Positions 12,372-22,169 of a DNA stretch of 64,000 nt are shown one piece after another. Positions within the stretch are counted from its first letter, which is position 1. Every line of letters begins with the position of its first letter. A program made the position numbers and the translations under genes. Under the pieces are notes generated by a model that saw only the letters and a program-made list of their open reading frames with translations, made no database searches and had not been told where the DNA came from. Source of the stretch: Lytechinus pictus (taxonomy: Eukaryota); the NCBI RefSeq assembly GCF_037042905.1, contig NC_087251.1, positions 42,596,001 through 42,660,000 on the forward strand, written 5' to 3'.

Positions 12372-14040
12372 CTGGCAAATCCAAGATGGCGCCCAAAATG
12401 GACATAATTCATTTCATATCCTCCTGGGACATAATCACGTTGATGTCTAGACATTTTTTTTCAATGGTTTGAAGACATTGGGACAAGGGACAAGGAGATT
12501 GAGTGGTCTAGTATGTTCAAAAATCCGAGATGGCTTTCAAAAATGTAGTCTAAAATTGCTGTTGCTACTTAATAAAACTGACATAGTTTGCTCAATATCC
12601 AGAAATATGATTTTTGTGTCTATAACATGGTTAAATGGGTCAAATAATACATTGGGATAAGTTACAAGGAAAGTCAGTGGTCTGTTATGTGCAAAAATCC
12701 GCGATGGATTCCAAAAATTGATTCTGAAATGGCTGCTAATACTCAATGCGGACATAGCTCATTTAATTTTGGCCTGGGAGATGTGATTTTGATGTCTAAA
12801 CCACTGGTTTCAAGGGTCAAATAATACATTAGGATAAGTTACTAGGACAGTCAGTGGTCTGGTATGAGCAAAAATCGAAGATGGCTTTCAAAAATTGATT
12901 CTAAATTGACTGCTGTTACTTAAAGCGGGCATAGCTTAATTCATATCGGCCTGGGAGATGCGATTTTGGTGTCTAAACCATTGGTTTCAAGGGTCAAAAT
13001 AATACATTAGGACAAATTTTAAGGACAGTCAGTGCTCATGGTCTGATATCACCAAAAATCCAATATGGCTTCAAAAAATTGATTGTAAAATGGCTGCAGA
13101 TACTTAATAGTGACATAGCTCATTTTATATCTGCCTGTGAGATATGATTTCGGTGTCTAAACTATGGTTTCAAGGGTCAAATTATAGGACAAGTTACAGT
13201 GACAGTCAGTGGTCTAGATGTCCAAAATTCCAAGATGGCTTTTAAAAATTGAGTAAAAAAAAAATTGATGTTACTTATAAAAGGACATATTTTGTTCAAT
13301 ATCTTTCTAAAGAATATGAGTTTGGTGTCTAAGCCATGGTCTAGAGGGTCAAGTAATACACTAGGGTAAGTTACAAGACCAGTCAGTAATAGTCTGTATG
13401 TTAAAAAATCCAAGATGTCTTTTTAAAAATGGGGTGTAAAATGACTGTTGTAACTTAAAAGTATACATAGTTATTTTAAATACACCTTGGAGGTATGAAT
13501 TTGGTGTCTGCACTAGAGTCTAAAGGGTCAAGTAATACATTGGTTTACGTTGATAGGACAGTCAGGTGTCAGGTATGTCCCAAAGTCGGAGATGGCTTTA
13601 AAATGGGGATCTTGAATGACTGTTGTTACTTGGGAATATTATTTTGGTGTCTACACTAGGGCTTCAAGGGTAAAAAAATACTTTAGGAATGGTTACCATG
13701 ATATGCAATTATCCATTTTGCCTTAAAATCCTAGTTGGTTAAAAAAAATGGGTTCTAAAGTGACTGCTGTTACTTAAAAGTGAACATAGTTCATACAAAA
13801 TCCACCTGTGAGAAATAATCTTCGTGCCTACACTTAAATGCACGGGGATAAGTTACCATATTGTTTCATGAGCTGGCAACAGCATCCATTTTGATGGAAT
13901 TTTAGAATCCACCATGGATTCTTTTACAAAATGGAACACTAAGCATCCTTGTTACTTGTCCGAATGTATCATTCGACCCTTCATACCACAATTTAGACAC
14001 CATCATTATTTCTTACAGATAGATGATTGTAGAACTCTGA
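12372..14040. repeat. Diverged ~175-bp tandem array (about 9 units) ending in an inverted unit
   Basis: CAAGATGGC-like motif at ~12382, 12527, 12700, 12878, 13061, 13231, 13411, 13588, 13731, with GTCTAAAC...AAGGGTCAAATAATACATT in each unit; reverse-complement unit at ~13880-14040. Confidence 0.85.
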
Positions 14041-14129
14041 CCATTATTGAGTGATATGATTTGTTTCAGATGCCCTTTTTGAAGACCCTTTTGGATTTAT
14101 TTTTCTTGCCAGTTCACGAAATGTAAAAG

Positions 14130-16506
14130 AGATGCAAGAAATACATGGAAAATTATAAATGAAGTATTGAATAAACATGAAAAGAAAAATGCTGTATCTA
14201 AGATAAAAATCGATAATAGAATTATTGATAATGTACAAGAAATTTCCGATCACTTTAATAACTTTTTTGTAGAGATTGGCCCAAATTTAGCCAGTAAGAT
14301 ACCAGACAGTAACAAAAGTTTTCATGAATATTTACCTAATCCTAACCCAAATTCTATGTTTTTTGCCCCGGTGGATGAAAGTGAAATTCTTGATATAGTT
14401 AATAATTTACATAGCAAACAGAGTTGTGGACATGACGGTTTTGATAATGCCATAACGAAAAATATTATTTCTTGTATTATTGAACCTTTTACTTATATTT
14501 GTAATTTGTCTTTGAGAACTGGTGTTTTTCCAAATAGAATGAAATTAGCCAAGATAATACCGATTTTTAAAAAAGGTGATCCTCTTTTAATATCAAACTA
14601 CAGACCCATATCATTATTATCAACTTTTTCAAAAATATTAGAAAAGATAGTTTTTTCACGTACAATTGACTTTTTGAATAATAACGAAATTCTAACTTGT
14701 TGTCAGTTTGGTTTTAGAAAACATCATAATACATCTCATGCTATCTTGTCCCTAATCAACAAAGTAGCTAACTCTTTTGACAAAGGCTCCCATACGATAG
14801 GAATGTTTTTAGATTTTTCTAAAGCGTTCGACACAATAGATCACCAAATTCTTTTATATAAACTGTCACATTATGGTATTAGAGGTATTGTGTTAGACTG
14901 GTTCCGTAATTATTTACACGAACGCCAACAATATGTTAGCATTGAAAATCATGCGTCACAATTGAGAAATATTAATTGTGGTGTCCCTCAGGGTTCCATA
15001 CTTGGCCCGCTGCTTTTCATACTTTATATCAACGACTTTAACAGATCCTCGGACTTATTTTCATTTATTATGTATGCAGATGATACCAATCTTTTTCTTT
15101 CACACTCAAACATAGAAACTCTTTATCAGATAGTCAACTCCGAATTAAACTTTGTGTCAACATGGGTTAAGGCCAACAAATTATCCCTAAATCTAGAGAA
15201 AACTAATTTCATGCTATTTAGCAACACATTTAATGAACTACCTTATCCAATTCTAATGGATAACATACAAATAAAACAGGCAACTACAACAAAATTTTTA
15301 GGAACATTCATTGATGACAAACTTTCATGGAAATATCACATTAATAATATATGTAAGGTAATATCTAGAAATGTTGGTGTAATAAATAAGCTCAAATGGG
15401 TATTCCCCCCTAACATTCTGAAATCTTTATATTCAACATTAGTTTTACCCCACTTGAATTACGGAATACTCGCCTGGGGAAATAGTGCAACATATATGTT
15501 AAATAAAGTATTACTCTTACAAAAAAAAGCTATGCGGATCATAAATCAGGTTGATTTTAGACATCATACAGACGGTCTTTTCCAATCAAACAATACTCTA
15601 AAAATTTACGATATTTATCGATTGAATCTTGCGATTCTTATGTATCAGTATAACAACCAAGGGTTACCCTCCATTTTTAACAACATATTTCGAGTAAATA
15701 ATGAAATTCACCGTTACCCAACTAGACAAATCAATTTGTATCATCTGCCAAGGACTCGTACAGCATTTACACAAAACACTTTTATATTTACTGCCCCCAA
15801 ATTTTGGAATTCCCTTCCCCTAAATACGAGAGAGAGCTTAAGTATAGGTACATTTAAATTTAAGGTTAAAAAATCACTACTTGCCCCCTACTCACAACAA
15901 ACCTCAATTACTTGATAATCATACAGATCCCACCTCCCCCCGACCCCTTTCCCCTACTCGCTCTTTCTTATTTGTCTTTTCCTTATCGTTTTTCTTGTCC
16001 CCCGTCCATTGTTCTGTTTGTTTTGTTTTGTTTTGTTTGTTTGTTTTTTGTTATATCATCCATGACCATGACCATGCATTTATCTTCCATATGTTCAGCG
16101 ATTTTCCTACTATTTATGTTCCCTTATTTCGAATGATCATTTACCAAGTTTACATTATATTACGTTATTTACATTATTTACGAATTCGAGAGATCAGCGT
16201 CCAACAAGCCTAGCTTCTCAGCTGGTCTCTCTTTTCATTTCACCCCTTTTTTTTTTTTAACATACACAAGAATACTCAAGCTTTTAAGAATGTTAAGTTT
16301 TATAAAATGAGGATATATAAGTATCGTATTTTGTTCGTATAATTACCAAATCTTTGCAAATGTATAAGGTCGTTACTTATGTTCATTTTTGTAATTGTAT
16401 TTATGTATTTGTATTTATGTATTTTTGACTTGTATGTGAAAAAATGGAAAGAAAAGAAATGAAATAAATCAATAAATCTAAATCTAAAATCTAAAAATCT
16501 AAAAAT
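14130..16506 (+). mobile_element. 5'-truncated CR1/L2-group LINE (Crack/Daphne-like) with 3' UTR and microsatellite tail
   Basis: RT ORF followed by an AT-rich UTR, AATAAA and an (AAATCT)n tail at ~16463-16506. Confidence 0.92.
14167..15915 (+). CDS. LINE ORF2 reverse transcriptase and C-terminal domain (uninterrupted, 582 aa)
   Basis: NYRPISLL, QFGFR, FLDFSKAFDT, GVPQGSILGP, YADD, KFLG motifs. Confidence 0.93.
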   Translation: MNKHEKKNAVSKIKIDNRIIDNVQEISDHFNNFFVEIGPNLASKIPDSNKSFHEYLPNPNPNSMFFAPVDESEILDIVNNLHSKQSCGHDGFDNAITKNIISCIIEPFTYICNLSLRTGVFPNRMKLAKIIPIFKKGDPLLISNYRPISLLSTFSKILEKIVFSRTIDFLNNNEILTCCQFGFRKHHNTSHAILSLINKVANSFDKGSHTIGMFLDFSKAFDTIDHQILLYKLSHYGIRGIVLDWFRNYLHERQQYVSIENHASQLRNINCGVPQGSILGPLLFILYINDFNRSSDLFSFIMYADDTNLFLSHSNIETLYQIVNSELNFVSTWVKANKLSLNLEKTNFMLFSNTFNELPYPILMDNIQIKQATTTKFLGTFIDDKLSWKYHINNICKVISRNVGVINKLKWVFPPNILKSLYSTLVLPHLNYGILAWGNSATYMLNKVLLLQKKAMRIINQVDFRHHTDGLFQSNNTLKIYDIYRLNLAILMYQYNNQGLPSIFNNIFRVNNEIHRYPTRQINLYHLPRTRTAFTQNTFIFTAPKFWNSLPLNTRESLSIGTFKFKVKKSLLAPYSQQTSIT

Positions 16507-16529
16507 TTTAAGGCAAACTTAACAAATGC

Positions 16530-17022
16530 CTATCAATGTAACCAGTCCAAACATATTATTTTAACCATAAAACCGTAGTGATTTGCAAATGAAGGAGTTG
16601 ATGGTGTCACTCACTCACTATTTCTTTTGTTTTTTATTGTTTGAATTATACAATATTTCATTTTTTATGAATTTGACCATTAGGACCCCCTTGCTTGAAC
16701 CACAAAATGTTTAAAAAAAATGAATTCCACTTGTTCAGGGAGGAATGAAACTTTGTTTCATATGACAATGACAAGAAAATCAAAATATTTCATATTTCAT
16801 ATCATAAAATACAAAAGAAATAGTGAGTGGGTGATGTCATCGGTCCCCTCATTTGCATACCGAACAGGATGTGCATATAACTCTTGAGAAATGAAGCGAA
16901 ACTTTAAAATGTCATAATTTTCTTATTTTACATCTGATTTTGATGAAGTTTTCAGCGTTATTCATGTTTGATTTTTCTCTATTTATTCAAATCAACTTTT
17001 TTCTGGGGTGGACTTGACCTTT
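16530..17022. mobile_element. Partial Kolobok-like MITE (same family as 51231 and 60405)
   Basis: Right end GGGGTGGACTTGACCTTT and internal ATTTGCAT blocks shared with the other copies. Confidence 0.7.
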
Positions 17023-17108
17023 CACCAAATATTAAACTTGGAATCTTTGGAATGTCGTCGACAAAAACATATAAACTCCATGGTTTTCAAAATCATTCAT
17101 GATCTCAG

Positions 17109-17194
17109 TCAGGGGCGTCGATCCATTTTTCAGATGGGGAGGGGGGGGGGGCAAAATCATGAATCAACGTTCCAAAGGCGCTCGATCGTACAAA

Positions 17195-17237
<43 letters not shown>

Positions 17238-19610
17238 CATATGTATATATGACTCATGGATACAGACATGTATCTCACCAACAAATCAATGCGAGCGCGA
17301 AGCGCGAGCTGAAATTTTTAGTATACTGACCTTAAAACAGGAAAAGCGTACCTGTTTAGGACTGTTTGTATAGTAACTCATGAGGAGGATACATATCTCA
17401 ATACACAGATAATGCGAGTGCCGAGAGCAAGCTGAAATTTCTTTATATTCTGACCTGAAAGCTTGATATTCTAAGCATTTTTGGTACCAATGATTTAGAT
17501 TGGTATCTAAAAGAACAATTTTTTTTTGATATTTCGATCTGAAAAAATGACAGTTTAATGGACGTTTTTTTGAAGAACAAGATATATATCCAACAAAGAT
17601 TATTGCAAATCGAAGCGGGAGTTCTTTTGAGATTTAGAATTGAAAAAGGGACATTCTATTCACCTATTTAATAATGAAAAGTATGGGTTTTGCTACAGAA
17701 ATGATGCGAGCGCGAAGCGCGAGCTGAAATTTTTTATATTAATATGAAAAGCGAACATTTTGAGCACAATTTTAAATATAGAACGAGTTGTGTATCTCAA
17801 TCTCGCTTGTTGAACACTACAATCTTATTTTATTTTTGCACATCCGGAATTATTGGGGGGGGGGGCAAAATGGGTGAAAAGGAGAAAAAGAGGGAGAAAG
17901 AAAGAGAAACGTATTGGGGGAAAAGAAATTATTGTATATTATATTATATCATATTATGTGATAATAAGAAATATTTTGTTCATAACATTATGAAACATAA
18001 TAGGGCCTAAGTGTTCATCATTTCCGGTGGTCGCATTGTCTGTTTGATGTGATTATAATCCTGTTGTATTAAGATATCTCGTTTTCAAGTCAATATACAC
18101 CAAATATATTTCCTCGCACTAGTTATTCATATGATTGTTTCATGTAGTGACATATGCTTATTTTTCATGACTTCCTAAAGTGATTGCCCATTTTTTAGGT
18201 TTGAATATAAAACATATCCAGTCCGTATTTACGTTCACTTTAGTGGATTTGTGAGCTATGTCTGCCTTTCATGAATTTCTAAAGTCAGTCCTGAAAATGT
18301 TCACTTTTCTGGTCTGGATGTCAAAAATTTTCAGCTCGCGCTCGCATCATTTGGTTAGTGAAATACATGGTCTGGGCGAATTTCTACAAACAAGCCGTAA
18401 AATGCCCCTCTTCAGTTCTGAATTTCAAAAATTTTCAGCACGCCCTTCGTGCTTGCAATATTTGATTAGTTAGATACGTATCATGTTCATGATTACAATG
18501 ACTACAAGTGATTCATGTGTTTAGGTGTAATTCTAATAAAATCAGCAAGCGCTTGGCGCTCGCATTAGAAGACTATGGTGTGGTCAGTATCGAATTCATT
18601 ATCAGGAGGGGGCTGACTAAAAAAGGGTATTGTATGGACTAGTGAAACGCAAATATACGCATACCACCATCCACCTGCGCATAGCGCTATAGGCCTACAT
18701 GTAGAGAGTGAAGTGATCGGGCTGAAAAATAGCACATTCTCAAGGTCTTTTGCAGATAATTTGAAATACAAATTTGATTACATTTCATTGTTTTTCATGA
18801 CATTTTAACAAAGAAATTGTATTTTCTCACTGTTACTTAGAATGTACCATCAATATATTAAAAATTCAGCGCGCGAAGCACGTACATGCGTGCGCTGCCC
18901 CTGGACTCCAGCAGGGACCCCAAAGGTGGATCCAGCGCCCTAGTCACTAAATCTCGCGCTTTACACTCTATTTTGTGAAACATGCAAAATAAATCTTCTT
19001 CCCCCTCTGTCCCAATCTTTTCTTTTGCCACTCATCACTTTTAAAATCCTTGTCATGCTTGTACTGCCACTGCTCAGGGGCTCCCTTTATTTAGGTAATA
19101 TAAAACAAATATAAAACATGGGCATGCCCGGTGATTTTTAAAAGAATACACTTTTTTTTCCTGGGGGAGGGAATTTGAAAAACAAATCCTGTGTGAAATT
19201 TCATGATTTAGTGAACACTTTTAGTGAGTTCTGAGAAAATCTACAGTAAAAAGGGTAGGTTTTCTTTTTTTTTCTTTTCCTTTTTTTTTTTGGGGGGGGG
19301 GGGGGGGCGGGACAACAACTCTGCCCCTGATGCGTATGACCATGTTATTGATTTATCATATGCTCCTTCTTCCAAGGGAAATTTGTATAGGCGGTATCGC
19401 CTTGAAATTATTGTTCACCCGTTCCGAGTAACAAAACACAATATTTCTTTATTAGAATGTCATGAACCGATGAAATTTCGTTAATTTTTTTTAAAGTGAC
19501 AACTCTTCCTCATAATGAATGAATTCGCTCGCTCACTACTCTTTATAAACTTAGTCCAATACGCAATGTCTCGCCCCCTCAAATTTTGTGGCTCATCACG
19601 CCACTGCCAG
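17109..19610. repeat. Cluster of non-autonomous DNA-transposon fragments and microsatellites
   Basis: CAGGGGCGTCGATCC start; repeated GCGAGCGCGAAGCGCGAGCTGAAATTTT in both orientations; (CA)n(TA)n; ACGCCACTG end near 19606. Confidence 0.55.
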
Positions 19611-19653
19611 ATGACAGGTCCTTTGTATATTTGGGTTAATAATAATCATATCT

Positions 19654-19813
19654 GGGAAGCGTTTCATGAAAGGACTTTTGGATGTTTTATCTGACAAGTC
19701 CTATGCATTTATCAGACACTTACCATTATAACAGTGCCTCTCAGCGAATCAAAATCAAGGGAAGTTGTCAGATCTGACAACTTGTCGGACAAAATTGTTG
19801 GTGAATGCTCTCC
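19654..19813. mobile_element. Small Harbinger-like MITE
   Basis: GGGAAGCGTTTCATGAA...TGAATGCTCTCC imperfect TIRs with internal CTGACAA/TTGTCAG repeats. Confidence 0.55.
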
Positions 19814-20354
19814 ATGGCTCAGAGTACGATACCATAAATATTCCACGAGTTTGGGAATATTGCTCGAATCATACATGAGTGCGATATTGGCCCTAATACT
19901 AGTAAGTGGAAACCTCTGGGGTAGCAATTTCCTGCGCAACGTCAAATTATGTACTCTGACATTGCACAGGCAAGACGAAATGTAGGTTTCAATGCACCCC
20001 TAAAGGCCCGGTATATTGACTTTTCCTGATTATAGCTTTTAAGCAAATCATTAAAATAATCAGTGGCTTTGGAATACATTTTTTCATTCATTCTCTTTAG
20101 TTCAATGTAATTACTCTTTTCACCTTTTCTTATTCATTTAGGAACTTGCATTATTAAAGGAGGCTTGGATCTATCTTGAACGATAGATCAACTCGTTAGT
20201 GAGGTGATAGCTCATTATCCTCAACATAATGCTGAGCTAGCAAAGACTGGAATCGAGTTTTATCCATGACCTTGTGAAGGGAAACACTGTCGCTGACCTT
20301 GAGAAAACACATGGCCAAGGAATCTTTGGTTATCATTCAAAAGGTAATAGTTTT

Positions 20355-20565
20355 AACGATGATGGTGATCGTAATGGTGGTGATGATAATGATGATACCG
20401 GTACTAATAATAAATTGTTATGATCGTGATGATGATCATGATATTCATAATGTTTAATGATTAGGATGATAACGATGCTTGTGATCATGATGATGATTTT
20501 GATTGATGATGATAGTGATGATTATGATGATGATGGTGGTAGTGTTGGTGTTGATGATGACGATA
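20355..20565. repeat. Degenerate (GAT)n microsatellite
   Basis: Direct reading. Confidence 0.85.
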
Positions 20566-20808
20566 TCACATGAAGGAAGTCTCATCGATAGTCAATACCA
20601 TTCTTTCAATCCCGCCGCAAGGACAATCAATAATTTCTTAAAATCGGTGATTCGTTGGCCGCTTAAAGATTTATAAAAGAGACACAATTTGTACTTAATG
20701 TTACTGTTGATCTTTCTTCTAATGCCTCTTAAATAGTTCCGTCCTATCTCGAAAAAATGGTATCCCCCATTCATTATAAATTGATTCCTTGACATTTGAT
20801 TTTTTTAG

Positions 20809-21993
20809 GGGAGTGCTGCGCCTTCGGACACTGTGGAGGTCAAGGAGGAGGTGAAGCCCCCGAAGGATTCCTACAACCAAATACAGATAGAAGTCGAAGC
20901 CATGTCACCCGTGTTACGTGACCCGGTCCAGCCCGAGCAGGACATCTTTTCACAGCTAAAACATGTAAAAGGTATAAAAATAGGTCACCTAAACTGCAAT
21001 TCCCTCCGTAACAAGCTCGATGAGCTGAAACTCCTTCTGCTTTGTCGGGCAATATTTGATGTGATGACCCTGAGCGAAACCTGGTTTGGTGAAAACGACG
21101 CAAACGAAAGTTTCAACGTTCCTGGATACACAATTATGTCAAGGAAGGATGGGGCTCCTAAGTTTACCGGTAGGCCACGCGGTGGTGTTTTGATATATGT
21201 GAAAGACAGTCTTTCAAGATTGGTCAGAGAGTGTGACACCAAGATGGAGGAAGGATTAGAGGCATGCTGCATCGATATCCAGCTTGGCGGGAGTAATGAT
21301 GTAGGGCAAGGTTCAGACCAAATCAACATGTGCTTGAAGAAGAATATTCTGAGAATCATTACTGTGTACGTGCCACCAGGAACGAGGGGTCAGGTTTCCC
21401 TCTTGAAAAAACTGCAAAGCAGTTTGAATAGTTTGAAGGCAACAGATAGTTGCAAGTCTACAGATTGTTGCTGTAAAACAAACTATGTGATACTAGGTGA
21501 TTTAAACTGCGATAGAAAAACTCTTTCGTCGTGCAAATCCATGAAATCTGTGAAAGGGAAGAAACTACAAACGCTCGATGAAATTGAAAACAGCCACCAT
21601 TTGTCACAAATGATTAAACATCCTACACGGGTTCAATGCAAGAAGAAGAGAGGTCAGCCCACATATTATGAGAGGACAGAATCGTTGATCGATTTTGTCC
21701 TCTCAGATATACTTGCTGTCTCATCGGGAGTAATACATAGTGCTATAAGTGACCACTATATGGTTTACTGTGCCTATGAACCTGATAAGAAAGATCTCTT
21801 CAAGTCAACACCGTTGCTAACATTTGAGGAGTTTTCTCAACTTACCAAGAGTGACATTGACGAAGAAGTATATGGAATGATTCTTGCCCGTGACATTGCC
21901 AAGGAAAGGGGTGTTTGGGATGCGTGCAAAGAGTGGAAAAAGGCCATCAAAAGAGCAATGAATGAAAACAAAAAAGAACGGAAGCAAAAATAA
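20809..21993 (+). CDS. Stand-alone apurinic-like (EEP/APE) endonuclease of LINE type; probable terminal coding exon
   Basis: Motifs GHLNCNSL, LSETW, GGVLIYVK, VYVPP, GDLNCD, PTR, LIDFV, SDH; frame opens right after TTTTTTTAG (AG at 20807-20808) in phase 0; stops at 21993 after a Lys-rich tail; no RT follows. Confidence 0.85.
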   Translation, partial: GSAAPSDTVEVKEEVKPPKDSYNQIQIEVEAMSPVLRDPVQPEQDIFSQLKHVKGIKIGHLNCNSLRNKLDELKLLLLCRAIFDVMTLSETWFGENDANESFNVPGYTIMSRKDGAPKFTGRPRGGVLIYVKDSLSRLVRECDTKMEEGLEACCIDIQLGGSNDVGQGSDQINMCLKKNILRIITVYVPPGTRGQVSLLKKLQSSLNSLKATDSCKSTDCCCKTNYVILGDLNCDRKTLSSCKSMKSVKGKKLQTLDEIENSHHLSQMIKHPTRVQCKKKRGQPTYYERTESLIDFVLSDILAVSSGVIHSAISDHYMVYCAYEPDKKDLFKSTPLLTFEEFSQLTKSDIDEEVYGMILARDIAKERGVWDACKEWKKAIKRAMNENKKERKQK

Positions 21994-22169
21994 AAAAGGG
22001 GTTGAAGTTAAAATGACTCGTGTAAAACCGAAAACATAAGGTGTAATGACCAGATATAACGCTTGAAATAATGAGTACCGGCATATCATATTGGCTATTG
22101 TTAGCTGATCTCAATGAAAGATATGAGATGATCTATTATGATGATCAAAGTGGCAAATAGAAGTTATTT

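Noticed and set aside
12372..13860. CRISPR-like or coding repeat
   Set aside because: Whole ~175-bp units are homologous and there is no long ORF.
19814..20343. Assigning a protein family (e.g. HD-domain) to segments upstream of the APE exon
   Set aside because: The resemblance is too weak and the frames are interrupted; it cannot be supported without a search.
14167..21993. RT ORF and APE ORF as one rearranged element or a retron-like pair
   Set aside because: The RT has its own 3' UTR and tail ending at ~16506, and >4 kb of unrelated repeats separate it from the APE ORF.
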